From assembly GCA_023301795.1 (NCBI GenBank), contig JALZVU010000125.1, positions 9,052-73,051 of the forward strand: 64,000 nucleotides of DNA. The letters are read 5' to 3'. Below the pieces are notes generated by a model. It was given only the letters and a program-made list of their open reading frames with translations, was not told the DNA's origin and did not search any database. Numbering within the stretch: the stretch's first letter is position 1; each line of letters starts with the position of its first letter. Shown here one piece after another: positions 27,840 to 37,984 of the stretch. The DNA comes from Granulosicoccus sp. (GTDB lineage Bacteria > Pseudomonadota > Gammaproteobacteria > Granulosicoccales > Granulosicoccaceae). Made by a program: the position numbers and the translations under genes.

Positions 27840-29057
27840 CTACAATAGCTCGCATATCTCACAGATCGCAACGATGTACATCCGCACGCAGTTCAGATAC
27901 TGAGATTTACGAACGCGTTCATCCGGCATAGTATTAAATTCGCCCCCAGGTCCACATACAATTCCTTGCATACCCGCCGCTGATAGGTGTGCTGCATCAG
28001 TACCAAAAAATGCGGGTGGCATAATTGCTCCGGTAGGTTGTGAAGCGCCGTGTACCTGTTCAAACGCCTTGTTCATCACCTTGACGATCCGCGAGTCGCC
28101 AGAGACTTCAAACGGAGGCATCTGTGGCTTGTCTTTACGCACATCATGCGACCCTACCGTACTCACAAGTCCCGGGAACTCCAGCTCAAGCGCGTCGAGC
28201 ATTTGTCTTAGATCAGCAAGAACGCTCTCAACACTTTGACTTGGCCCATAGCGGCAAGTGCCTAATAGCTTTGCGTGATCAGCAACCTGTGGCGGACGCC
28301 ACTCGTGGAACTCTTCGCCTAGTCCGGCACGAATAGCGCCGACATGACCCCGATTGATTGCACGATGTTGCTCATTGGCAACGCCTGAGAACGTGATGCC
28401 ATTAATACGCGGTACGAGAGCTGCGGCTGCGGCCAATGCATCGCAAGCCTCGTGACGTTTTGAAACATGCCGAGTACTGCCGCGTAGCTGAATCTCATAC
28501 GAGAATGCACCCGCGTGCAGCGTTAGTGCCTGCAAGTCTGTGGGCTCACTGTTAATAAAATAATCGGCCCGAGTACCTTGCTCAATCATGCGAACCGTTC
28601 CAATACCGCCCTGAAGTTCTCCAACTACAAAAGAGAGTATGACATCGCCTTTGAGCTTGGCACCAGCTTTAACCAGCGTCTCAACTGCACAGAGGTAGGC
28701 ACAATCGCCAGCCTTCATGTTTGATACACCGATACCGTAGATGAATTCATCATCCATAAAGCCACCCCAGGGGTCTACCGTCCAGCCCGATGTAGCAGGG
28801 TTAGTATCCAGATGCCCGTTAAACAACAAACTGCTGCCACCACCGGTGCCTTTCAATGTGGCAATGGTATTGACACGCTCTTTCTCCACCGGTTGCAGCT
28901 CGCTGCTCATGCCAAGCGTTTGAACAATCTTGTGTACGTGCTCAGCCAAGGCACGCTCCTCGTCCGTCTCTGTGTAACTCTTGCGTTGCACAAGATCGAT
29001 CAGTCGCTCAAGGCAGGCTTGTTCGTCAATGCTGTCTATCAGCTCTTGTGCAGTCAT
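27840..29057 (-). CDS. M20-family (ArgE/DapE/CPG2-like) hydrolase paralog with an atypical metal-site motif
   Basis: 'LLFNGHLDTNP...W...GIGVSNMKAGD'. ATG 29057 overlaps the upstream ATPase stop (ATGA). The tracked start at 29129 lies inside the ATPase gene. Confidence 0.75.
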   Translation of the reverse strand: MTAQELIDSIDEQACLERLIDLVQRKSYTETDEERALAEHVHKIVQTLGMSSELQPVEKERVNTIATLKGTGGGSSLLFNGHLDTNPATSGWTVDPWGGFMDDEFIYGIGVSNMKAGDCAYLCAVETLVKAGAKLKGDVILSFVVGELQGGIGTVRMIEQGTRADYFINSEPTDLQALTLHAGAFSYEIQLRGSTRHVSKRHEACDALAAAAALVPRINGITFSGVANEQHRAINRGHVGAIRAGLGEEFHEWRPPQVADHAKLLGTCRYGPSQSVESVLADLRQMLDALELEFPGLVSTVGSHDVRKDKPQMPPFEVSGDSRIVKVMNKAFEQVHGASQPTGAIMPPAFFGTDAAHLSAAGMQGIVCGPGGEFNTMPDERVRKSQYLNCVRMYIVAICEICELL

Positions 29058-31129
29058 ATCGATGTATCCAGCTTTGAGGCTTGCCAGACAGGGGCGTGGG
29101 CGGCGAGTGTGGCGACATCGATATGGCACAATATTTCGTGTGTATCACCATGATGTACTCTTGGCGGTGGAGTCGTGTTGCACTGATCGCCCAAATGGTG
29201 AGGGCAGCGGCTTTCGAACACGCATCCGGTTACTCGTTGTGTGCGCTTGGGCAAGGTGCCTTTCAATCTGATCCTGCGCGTATTGGTATGCGGATCCACT
29301 GAAGGTGATGATGATAAAAGCGCCTCTGTGTACGGATGATATGGCGGCTCATCCAAATCGTCAATTGACATGACTTCAACCACCTCTCCCAGATACATAA
29401 CAGCGATACGATCAGCCAGATGGCGAAGTATCGCAAGGTCGTGCGTAATGAAGATTAACGCTGTGCCACTGTGCCGCTGTATCTGCTTTAGCAGAGCAGT
29501 AATGGATGCCTGAACACTGGCATCCAAACCAGAGGTCACTTCGTCACAGATGATCACTTCCGGCTCGGCAGCCAGCGCACGTGCTATAGCTACTCGCTGT
29601 TTCTCTCCACCTGAGAGCTGGTGTGGGTATCGTTCAGCGTAGTGAATGGGCAGTTGAACACGTTCCAGAAGTGCTACTACCTCCTGTGTTCGTTGTACCT
29701 CATTCAAGTTTTTTCGATACAGCACGAGGGGACGGCTAAGTATAGTTTTGATGGAGTGTCGAGGATTCAATGAACTATCGGGGTTCTGAAAAATGATCTG
29801 CACACGAGAACGGTAGTCATGATCAATAGACTCAATGACATTGCCACTAAGAAATAGATCGCCTTTGAAAGGAACCAGTCCAGCAATGGCTTTTGCCAGT
29901 GTTGATTTACCGCAGCCACTTTCCCCTACCAAGGCAAGCGTCTCGCCCTTATCTAGCGTCAGGTTGGCATTAATGACAGCGTGCACCTGTGATGCCTTGC
30001 CCAGCAATGATGCCAGCCAACCACGCTCTCCGTACGATACCGACAGTGATGCCATTGACAAGGCTACTGGGAATGTCGTGTCAACAGCTTCCACTGAATC
30101 CAGACGGTTTATGGGTGAAGCTATTAGGCTACCGTTTTTCGCCTTTACACAAGCCACTCTATGCTCGCCGTGTTCATCAATGAGTACGTGAGAGACATTG
30201 CAGACCCGCGCCTCATGCGACACACAGGATTCAGCATAGATGCACTGCGGAACTACTCCGATTCTGAGCGCAGGCTTGTTACCGGATGTGTCCAGTGTAC
30301 GCCCAGTCCGTGTGTCGGAAGGACGTGGGAGGCTAGCTAAAAGTGATCGGGTGTAAGGATGGCGAGGTGCGGCGAACAAGGCCTCGGTAGTGGCCTCTTC
30401 AACTATCCTGCCACCATAGATCACAGCTACGCGATCAGCAATTCTTGATACTACGCCCAGATCATGGCTGATGAACAAGGCAGCAACACCGGTTCGCTGT
30501 TGGAGCTCGCCGAACAGGTCTAGTAGTGTTGCAGCGGTTGTGGCATCCAGAGCGGAAGTGGGTTCGTCGAACAGAATTAGTTCAGGTTCACAGGCAAAAG
30601 CCATAGCCAGTACCACGCGTTGTTTCTCTCCACCCGATATTTCATGTGCGTAGCGATTCATCATTGCCTTGGGATCTGGTAGTCCCACCATGCTCAGCAA
30701 TGCCTGCGCCTCAGCTGCAATATTATTTTTGCTATCGAGCGTAGCGTCACTCTGGTGTTGATGAATCGTTTCGATAACATGATCGCCCATGCTGAGTGTT
30801 GGATTAAGAGCCGTACTTGCATTTTGTAGAACCATGGCCACACGCTTGCCTCGAATCGGCTCCATTGATTTCTCAGTGAGTGCGGTCAGATCAGTGTCAG
30901 CCAAAAAAATCCGGCCTGACTCGTGCGCCACCACCCCTGTTAAGTCCCGCATGATTGCGTTTGCCATTGAAGACTTGGCAGATCCACTTTCACCTACCAA
31001 TCCAAGAACCTGTCCGCGCGGAATTTCAAGACGTATGTTGTCCAGTATCCTCACGACACCGGCTGAGCTTTTATATGCCAGTGAATAATCATCGATACGC
31101 AGCGCAGCGTTTTGAGTTGTATTACTCAT
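29054..31129 (-). CDS. Fused double ATP-binding protein of a Dpp/Opp-type ABC importer
   Basis: Two NBDs: 'GESGSAKSS'/'ISGGEKQRV' and 'GESGCGKST'/'LSGGEKQRV'. Both carry oligopeptide-type C-terminal extensions ('HPYT'). Confidence 0.9.
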   Translation of the reverse strand: MSNTTQNAALRIDDYSLAYKSSAGVVRILDNIRLEIPRGQVLGLVGESGSAKSSMANAIMRDLTGVVAHESGRIFLADTDLTALTEKSMEPIRGKRVAMVLQNASTALNPTLSMGDHVIETIHQHQSDATLDSKNNIAAEAQALLSMVGLPDPKAMMNRYAHEISGGEKQRVVLAMAFACEPELILFDEPTSALDATTAATLLDLFGELQQRTGVAALFISHDLGVVSRIADRVAVIYGGRIVEEATTEALFAAPRHPYTRSLLASLPRPSDTRTGRTLDTSGNKPALRIGVVPQCIYAESCVSHEARVCNVSHVLIDEHGEHRVACVKAKNGSLIASPINRLDSVEAVDTTFPVALSMASLSVSYGERGWLASLLGKASQVHAVINANLTLDKGETLALVGESGCGKSTLAKAIAGLVPFKGDLFLSGNVIESIDHDYRSRVQIIFQNPDSSLNPRHSIKTILSRPLVLYRKNLNEVQRTQEVVALLERVQLPIHYAERYPHQLSGGEKQRVAIARALAAEPEVIICDEVTSGLDASVQASITALLKQIQRHSGTALIFITHDLAILRHLADRIAVMYLGEVVEVMSIDDLDEPPYHPYTEALLSSSPSVDPHTNTRRIRLKGTLPKRTQRVTGCVFESRCPHHLGDQCNTTPPPRVHHGDTHEILCHIDVATLAAHAPVWQASKLDTSI

Positions 31130-31965
31130 GAGGATGCCTGCGGGTTCAGAGCATCACGCAATCCATCGCCCAGCAGATTGAAAGCGATAGCAACCAGCGC
31201 GATGGCAATGCCAGGAACAAGAATGGGCCACGGACTACGAAACATATGAGCGCGTCCTTCAGCGATCATCAACCCCCATTCTGGGGAAGGAGGCTGTGCA
31301 CCCAATCCAAGAAATGACAAGGTGGCCAGTGTCATCACCGCAAAGGCAACACGGATGGTCGCTTCAACAATAACGGGGGCGATGACGTTAGGTAGAATCT
31401 CGGCAAACATGATCCAGCTTGTGCCTTCGCCACGGGCTTGGGCTGCTGAAACATAATCCGAACCGCGCACCTGCAAGGTAACCGAGCGAGCGATTCGCGC
31501 CATGCCTGGTGTAAAGGCAATACCGATAGCTATAACAGCATTAAATGATGACGATCCGAGAACCGACAAAATAAGTAATGCAAACAACAGACTTGGAATC
31601 GCCATGACCGCATCCGTCACGCGCATAATCAGGTCATCCACACGACCGCCGATATATCCAGAAAATATACCGATCAATGCACCGGCTACAGTCCCGATAA
31701 CCGTAGCAAGCAGCGCCAGTAGAATCGTAGAACGTGAACCTGCCATGACACGACTGAGCAGGTCACGACCGTACCAGTCGGTACCCAGCAAAAACTCGGT
31801 GGATGGTGCTGCGAATCGTGCAGTGAAGTGAAACTCCTCCGGGTCTTTGGGAGCCAGTTCCGGACCAGCCAGTGTCAATGCCAGTAGCAAAAAACACAAT
31901 AACAATCCAATTGCACCCTGAGGCGTCTTGGTTAACGCAGTTAGCGTACGCCTAGTGCTGTTCAT
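31126..31965 (-). CDS. Dpp/Opp-type ABC permease (DppC-like)
   Basis: Six hydrophobic helices with an EAA-like loop ('SAAQARGEGTSWIMFAEILPN'). 4-nt overlaps on both sides. Confidence 0.85.
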   Translation of the reverse strand: MNSTRRTLTALTKTPQGAIGLLLCFLLLALTLAGPELAPKDPEEFHFTARFAAPSTEFLLGTDWYGRDLLSRVMAGSRSTILLALLATVIGTVAGALIGIFSGYIGGRVDDLIMRVTDAVMAIPSLLFALLILSVLGSSSFNAVIAIGIAFTPGMARIARSVTLQVRGSDYVSAAQARGEGTSWIMFAEILPNVIAPVIVEATIRVAFAVMTLATLSFLGLGAQPPSPEWGLMIAEGRAHMFRSPWPILVPGIAIALVAIAFNLLGDGLRDALNPQASS

Positions 31966-32912
31966 TTAAACTGTATCCTTTTGTCCAGAAGTGCGTAGGC
32001 TAGATCAGCCAATAGATTGGCAACGGCATAAGTTACCGCCATTAACAATGCGCCGGCTTGCAGCATGGGCAGATCACGATTCTGGATAGCCAGTATTAAT
32101 TGCCTGCCAACACCTGGAAACGAAAACACTTCCTCCACAACGATAACGCCGCCGATCAGATAACCGATATCCAGCGCAATCACGGTTATAGCTGGCAGCA
32201 TGGAGTTTCTCAACGCATGCTTGAACAGAATGCGACGTTTAGGCACTCCTCGCAGGCGCGCTGCCCGTACAAAATCGCTTTCAAGCGTATCGACCATTTC
32301 AGATCTCACCATACGACTAACGTGCGCAGTCAGTACAATGGTAAGCGTTAGTACCGGCAAGGTTATGTGATGCAACGCTGCCAGCGGGTCTGTTGCAAAC
32401 GGCACATAACCGGAGGCTGGAAACAACGCAATGGCTGGACTAGCAAGCCATGCCAATAGCAGAGTAGCGAGAACAAACTCAGGCATTGAAACACCCAGAT
32501 AGCTGATTAACGAGACGCCCAGATCTAGCGGCCGTCCGCGTCGTGATGCTGCAATAACACCTAAGGGAATCGATATCAACGATACCAGTACCAGTGAAAA
32601 CACCGCTAGAATGGCTGAGTTACCAAACGCTGAAAGTATGACGGGACCTACAGCTTGACCGGTTCTTAGCGAGATACCAAAATCTCCCTGCAGCACGCCA
32701 GAGAACCATTGCCAGTATTGCACCCATGCCGGTTGATCAAGCCCAAGTTTTGCATTAAGCGCAAGTAACGCCTCTTCAGTGGCGTATTCGCCAAGAATCA
32801 TCGTGGCAGCGTTTGCCGGTAACAACTGGGTTACGGCAAACACGATCATTGACACAATGATCGCTGTGACCAAGAGGTAGAAAAATCGCTTGATTATGAA
32901 TTCGGGTGACAT
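31962..32912 (-). CDS. Dpp/Opp-type ABC permease (DppB-like)
   Basis: 'IIKRFFYLLVT' N-terminus and the EAA loop 'DFVRAARLRGVPKRRILFKHALRN'. Confidence 0.85.
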   Translation of the reverse strand: MSPEFIIKRFFYLLVTAIIVSMIVFAVTQLLPANAATMILGEYATEEALLALNAKLGLDQPAWVQYWQWFSGVLQGDFGISLRTGQAVGPVILSAFGNSAILAVFSLVLVSLISIPLGVIAASRRGRPLDLGVSLISYLGVSMPEFVLATLLLAWLASPAIALFPASGYVPFATDPLAALHHITLPVLTLTIVLTAHVSRMVRSEMVDTLESDFVRAARLRGVPKRRILFKHALRNSMLPAITVIALDIGYLIGGVIVVEEVFSFPGVGRQLILAIQNRDLPMLQAGALLMAVTYAVANLLADLAYALLDKRIQFK

Positions 32913-32925
32913 GGATGCTCTATGC

Positions 32926-34482
32926 CTAGCGTGTTGGCGCTGACTTGCTCAACGACACCTTATGAAAGCCGTAGCTGGCACCGCGAGGATGCTGCGTATA
33001 GCCTTCCACATAACTAGCCTTGGCTCCCAAAAGATCGAAGAAGCACGGCACAATAGCTGGAACCTCATCGCTCATCATCTGTTGCGCCTGAGCGTAAAGC
33101 TCTGCACGTTTGGCAGTGTCTGTTGTTCTATCTGCCTCTGCGACCAGAGCATCGAATGCTTCGTTGTTCCACTTTGTTTCGTTCCACGACGCATCAGAGG
33201 TAAACAGCAGATTGAAGATAGTGCCCTCTGTGGGTTGCATGTTGTAGTAACCGACATAGAACTGGCCTTTTTTCCACACCTGATCAAGGTAGGTGGGATG
33301 GTCCATCGTCTTGACTGAAATATCGAACCCGGAGGCCTTTGCCATCTCACGAACAACCACGGCCATAGAAGACCGGTAGCCTGGCTTGACAGATGCAACG
33401 AGCTCCAGCTCCAGTCCGTCGGGGTACCCTGCTTCCGCTAACAGGGCTTTCGCACGATCAGGATCAAAACTCTTCAATGATGATTCCTTGTAGTATCGGT
33501 AGGCTCCGTTTACTGGCGAGTCATTTCCTGGTGTGCCATATCCTTCAGCTACTAGCTCGACCATGGCTTCTCGATCAATTGATAACGACAGCGCTTCTCG
33601 AACGCGTTTATCGTTAAACGGGGGCTTGGAGTTATCCATGACGATATCAAGAAATCGCCCAGATGGAGTCACTAGTCCATCGATCCCCTGACCATTGGCT
33701 ACCCGCTCGAAATCGGTCGGTTGAACTTCGTTCAATAAATCAATTTCACCAGCTAGCATTGCCGCCGCGGCGCTGGAAGCGTCGGGGAATGTGCGGATCT
33801 CCACGCGATCCAATAACGGCTGTTCTGGCAGAAAGTAGTCAGGATTCTTCTCTACTACTACCACCTGATCGGGTTTGAAATCAACGAGCCTAAATGGTCC
33901 TGACCCAACAGGAGTCTGATCAAAGCCTTCGAAACTTTCGATAATCAGGGAGGCTGGCAATATTTTTGCGGTGGGGTATGTCAGCCCTACCGGTAGATCG
34001 CTGAATGGGGTCTCCGTGTCGAAAATTACTGCAAAGTCTCCATCAGCTTCCACATTTTTGATAGGGCCCAGGTTGCGTCTACCGGGTGCCGAAGTTTCAG
34101 GGTCCAGCAGTTTGGTGAATGAGGCGACGACGTCGTTCGAAGTAACGGGATCACCGTTGGAGAACTGCGCATTCTCACGCAGCACAAAACGCCATTGAGT
34201 GGCGTCTTCATTAGAACTCCATTCAATAGCAAGATCGGGTTGCGCTGACATATCGGTAGCCAGTGTTGTCAAACCTGAATAGAGCATCTCACCTAGCATG
34301 TACTCGGAGTTCACTCTCGCGAGCATCGGGTTAAGCTTGTTGGGTGTTATGTTCAAACCGACACGCAGTGTTCCACCAGGCGTGGCAGCGATGGCTGAAG
34401 TGACTGGCAGCCCCAAAGCGCTTACACCGAGGGCGGCACCGCTGAGCAGAAATTGTCGACGATTGAATTGAGGAAATGACAT
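32926..34482 (-). CDS. Family-5 periplasmic solute-binding protein (peptide/opine type)
   Basis: Tat-like signal 'NRRQFLLSGAALGV'. Length and pattern are typical of DppA/OppA-type SBPs. Confidence 0.8.
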   Translation of the reverse strand: MSFPQFNRRQFLLSGAALGVSALGLPVTSAIAATPGGTLRVGLNITPNKLNPMLARVNSEYMLGEMLYSGLTTLATDMSAQPDLAIEWSSNEDATQWRFVLRENAQFSNGDPVTSNDVVASFTKLLDPETSAPGRRNLGPIKNVEADGDFAVIFDTETPFSDLPVGLTYPTAKILPASLIIESFEGFDQTPVGSGPFRLVDFKPDQVVVVEKNPDYFLPEQPLLDRVEIRTFPDASSAAAAMLAGEIDLLNEVQPTDFERVANGQGIDGLVTPSGRFLDIVMDNSKPPFNDKRVREALSLSIDREAMVELVAEGYGTPGNDSPVNGAYRYYKESSLKSFDPDRAKALLAEAGYPDGLELELVASVKPGYRSSMAVVVREMAKASGFDISVKTMDHPTYLDQVWKKGQFYVGYYNMQPTEGTIFNLLFTSDASWNETKWNNEAFDALVAEADRTTDTAKRAELYAQAQQMMSDEVPAIVPCFFDLLGAKASYVEGYTQHPRGASYGFHKVSLSKSAPTR

Positions 34483-34503
34483 GGCAAATCTCCTTAACGA
34501 AGG

Positions 34504-35817
34504 TTAAAGGCTAGTGGAGCCAGCGTCGTGCTGAGCGGCTTGGGTTACGGGTACCGACGCTGTGAATCCAGCGCTTAAGAAGTATTCCACTGATCGTGAC
34601 AATGCGATCAGATCGTCAATGCTTGTATGCTCATCCGGCCCGTGCACGTTTCTATCTGGCCGGGAAAGACCTCCCAGCAGAAGATGCTGAATACCTGCAC
34701 GTTGAACCCAACCGAAGTCAGAAGATGTCGTTGAACCGTAGCGCTGAAAACTCTCCACGGAAGTACCAGTAGCCGCGGCTCGTGCTGCTGTCCAGCGATC
34801 GGTTGCACGACCGTCAGGGTCACTGACGGGAGGCAGATGCCCGATGTCAGATAATGACCAGCTCAGCAGCGGTGTTGGACACAAGGCTCGACTGATGACA
34901 TCCTCAATTTCGTTGCGGACGTCAGATTCACACTCTTCCGGACAATAGCGCCTGTTGATAATGATTCGGCATTCACCAGGCAGTGCTGACCCTGTGTCAC
35001 CCGCTGCCACTGCCGTGATGTTGAGTCGCGCAGTGAGCGGCGTTTGCGTTGTGGGGGACGCGGGCATCGCACTTTGTCTTTGCTCCACGATGCTTTTTAA
35101 TGTTGTTAACGCTAAAAGAGCGGGCAACGCTGCTTCAACGGCATTTATGCCTGACTCCGGCGTGCCTGAATGCGCTGAACGTCCTGTGCAATGTAACTCA
35201 AGGGTCATTGAGCCAAAACAGCCAGCCCATATGCGATTTGCTGCAGAGCCGTTCAGGTTAAGCAGCGTCTCGGGGAGTTTGTGATTCTCTGCCAGATAGC
35301 GAATTCCGGGATATCGGCCACCTTCCTCATCAGTGCAAAAGGCTAAAACAGGTTTGTATTGCAACGAGCTGCCAGCCTGACGCAGGCGCAATAATGCGTC
35401 GAGTACGGCAACAATGGTGCCCTTCATATCAGCCGTTCCCCTACCAAACAGAAGGTTTCCTTCGCGGCTAAGCAAGAATGGGTCGCGGGTCCAGCCGTCG
35501 CCAACGGTCGCAGTATCAACATGAAAATAGATAAGTACCTCAGGAATTCCAAGCTCATCGCTTGAAGGTGTCGCCAGAAGGTTGAGCCTGACCCCAGCAG
35601 CGCCAGGCGCACTCCATAGCTCTTCGGGTACCTCGATAATGTCAAAACAAGCATGCAGCGGCTCGCACAGATGTCTTAGAAGATTTACCATTGCGGGATA
35701 ATTGTCTCCCGGCGGAAAACAGGTGTTGCATTCCACCAATGAGGCAAGCTGCGATAGCATTCGCCCCACATCAGGATCCGGTAGACTGTCATTTCTCATA
35801 ACTATATAGAAATACAT
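34504..35817 (-). CDS. M20-family metallohydrolase (canonical motifs)
   Basis: 'YFHVDT', 'GRGTADMKG' and 'CTDEEGG' are all present. The start is uncertain: ATGs at 35817, 35799 and 35760. The last leaves a more realistic divergent promoter. Confidence 0.8.
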   Translation of the reverse strand: MYFYIVMRNDSLPDPDVGRMLSQLASLVECNTCFPPGDNYPAMVNLLRHLCEPLHACFDIIEVPEELWSAPGAAGVRLNLLATPSSDELGIPEVLIYFHVDTATVGDGWTRDPFLLSREGNLLFGRGTADMKGTIVAVLDALLRLRQAGSSLQYKPVLAFCTDEEGGRYPGIRYLAENHKLPETLLNLNGSAANRIWAGCFGSMTLELHCTGRSAHSGTPESGINAVEAALPALLALTTLKSIVEQRQSAMPASPTTQTPLTARLNITAVAAGDTGSALPGECRIIINRRYCPEECESDVRNEIEDVISRALCPTPLLSWSLSDIGHLPPVSDPDGRATDRWTAARAAATGTSVESFQRYGSTTSSDFGWVQRAGIQHLLLGGLSRPDRNVHGPDEHTSIDDLIALSRSVEYFLSAGFTASVPVTQAAQHDAGSTSL

Positions 35818-35845
35818 TTACGGGTAATTAGCAAGGACTATTTCG

Positions 35846-36613
35846 TTGGCGAGTAACAAAAAGCAGAAAACTGATGTAGGCAAAAGCCTGAAAGCCGCCC
35901 CGCTACATGAGCAAGTAAAATCGCGCATCATCGAGCGCATCAGATCTGGCATCTGGAGTGAAGGCGATGTGCTGCCTGCTGAAATGGATCTAGCCAGGTT
36001 GCTTGGTGTGTCCTACGGCACCATACGGCGAGCCATGGGAGATCTGACCAATGAAGGCATTGTCATGCGTAGACGCCGCACCGGTACGGTAGTCACAGGG
36101 CGAATGCCTAATCACACTCTATCGCGGTTTTATCAGTATTTTCGACTACAGACCGCTGAGGGAAAACTGATTAACACAGAGCAAACTGTCTTGAGCGTGG
36201 ATGTCAGAGCTGCTAACGCTGATGAGCGTAAGCGTCTGAAACTGGATGAGAACGCTGAGGTGTCACACATGGTCAGGGTACGACGTGCAGAAGATAAACC
36301 TGTCATGGTCGACGACGTCGTCATACCACTGAGCCGAGTACCAGATTTTCCAACTCAAACGGATCAGATTCCTGAACTTATATTCGACTGGATGCTGAAG
36401 CAGCACGGCATTCAACTAGGTGCCGTGAATGAAAAAGTGACCGCTAGGCTAGCGACACCCGTAGAGCTCAAGCTGTTGGAGATGCCACTGGACGAGAGTC
36501 TGGCCTTGCTTGATATTGATACGATTGCTTTTGACAACCTGAACGAGCCGCTATTGCTGATGCAGCATGCAGCCCTAACAACAGCCCATTGCTACGTAAA
36601 CGAGATGAGGTAG
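35846..36613 (+). CDS. GntR-family (HutC/UTRA subtype) transcriptional regulator
   Basis: wHTH 'LPAEMDLARLLGVSYGTIRRAMGDLTNEGIVMRRRRTGT' plus a UTRA-like C-terminal domain. TTG start, uncertain. Confidence 0.85.
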   Translation: MASNKKQKTDVGKSLKAAPLHEQVKSRIIERIRSGIWSEGDVLPAEMDLARLLGVSYGTIRRAMGDLTNEGIVMRRRRTGTVVTGRMPNHTLSRFYQYFRLQTAEGKLINTEQTVLSVDVRAANADERKRLKLDENAEVSHMVRVRRAEDKPVMVDDVVIPLSRVPDFPTQTDQIPELIFDWMLKQHGIQLGAVNEKVTARLATPVELKLLEMPLDESLALLDIDTIAFDNLNEPLLLMQHAALTTAHCYVNEMR

Positions 36614-36848
36614 AAAAAGAACGGTTGCAAATTGAATTAAGGCATCTTCTGCACGAACACGAAAATGCACGCAGACACCCAGCTCACGGGATAGCAGCAA
36701 CCCCTAGTGAGTTACCGTTACGTGAACTAGCAATGAACGAAACTCACAGGTTAGCGCATTCTCAGCCGATACCAGCCGTAAGGGATGTGATGCGCCGCTG
36801 TATTGTACTCACTTTAACTGGAATGCCTTCGCTAACGAGATTGTTGCA

Positions 36849-37937
36849 ATGTTTGATGCCGCACCATTCATCAGAAAACCAAACCGCTATATTCTCGCGC
36901 GTTTTATCGTACTTTTCAGCCTTCTAATCACTGCTTCATCACCAGCACTATCCACCCAGATACTTAAAATATACACTTGGGCGGAATACATGGATCCCCA
37001 GATCATTGCACAATTCGAGCAGGAATTTGATACTGAGGTAGAGCTTAGTTATTTCGAGTCAGACCAGTCGCGTGATGAACAAATGGCCGTTGTTGCCGGT
37101 CGGGGCTACGACTTGCTATTGCTCAACAGCATTCGGGTGAAACGCTACGGCAATAGAAAATGGATAGAACCACTAGATAAAACACTGATTCCAAACATCC
37201 AGTATATCGATCCACAATGGATTCACGCCTTTGAGGGTGTCGACGAATACGCTGTTCCGTACTTCTGGGGCACGATGGGTATCGCGTATAGAAAAGACCT
37301 TGTGCCCGCGGGGTTTGACAGCTGGATGGACCTGCTGAACCCAGATGAGCGACTGCGCAACAAAATCACCATGACCAGTGACTCGCGCGAGCTTACAGCA
37401 ATTGCGCTTGCAGCTACTGGTCATTCTGTCAACTCCGGCAAGTCCAGTCACCTGAAAGACGCTCGAGAAGTACTGTTAGAACAGCGCCCTTTTATTAAGC
37501 AATATACTTATCCCAGCCTGTCGGAGGATTCTTCATTGCTCGACGGAACCGTCTGGGCTGCCAGTATGTATAGCGGCGATACATTGATGCTTCAGGAGCA
37601 GGATGAAAATATCGCCTACACCCTACCTAAAGAAGGAGGACTATTGTGGGCGGATTATTTCACAGTGGCTCAAGCATCTACTAACAAAATTCTGGCACAC
37701 CAATTTTTGAATTTTATCAATCAGCCCGCTATTGCCGCTCGGCTGGCTGAGTGGGTATTCTACGCTACTCCTAACCTGGCTGCTGCCAACCTCATGTCAA
37801 ACGATTATACGAACAATACTGTAATTAACCCAAATTCTGAGCAACTGAAAAACTCCGAATTCATTCAACCACTCTCCCCGCGGACTCAGAAAAAAGTGAA
37901 TTCAATTGGAGCTGATCTACTTCGCGGGTATCGCTGA
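36849..37937 (+). CDS. Orphan PotD/PotF-like periplasmic polyamine-binding protein (NspS-like)
   Basis: Signal peptide, then 'LKIYTWAEYMDPQIIAQFEQEFDTEVELSYFESD...GYDLLLLNS', typical of PotD/PotF. There are no adjacent permease or ATPase genes. Confidence 0.8.
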   Translation: MFDAAPFIRKPNRYILARFIVLFSLLITASSPALSTQILKIYTWAEYMDPQIIAQFEQEFDTEVELSYFESDQSRDEQMAVVAGRGYDLLLLNSIRVKRYGNRKWIEPLDKTLIPNIQYIDPQWIHAFEGVDEYAVPYFWGTMGIAYRKDLVPAGFDSWMDLLNPDERLRNKITMTSDSRELTAIALAATGHSVNSGKSSHLKDAREVLLEQRPFIKQYTYPSLSEDSSLLDGTVWAASMYSGDTLMLQEQDENIAYTLPKEGGLLWADYFTVAQASTNKILAHQFLNFINQPAIAARLAEWVFYATPNLAAANLMSNDYTNNTVINPNSEQLKNSEFIQPLSPRTQKKVNSIGADLLRGYR

Positions 37938-37984
37938 GCTGGATATATTTACTCACCTACGCACTGATACGCCAAGGAATTGAA

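Noticed and set aside
36589-36927. 112-aa ORF covering the GntR/PotD-like intergenic region
   Set aside because: It has a TTG start inside the end of the GntR gene and runs into the PotD-like gene in another frame. It shows no SD, no motif and poor-looking composition. It is most likely a chance ORF, and the 235-bp spacer is better treated as the promoter of the PotD-like gene.
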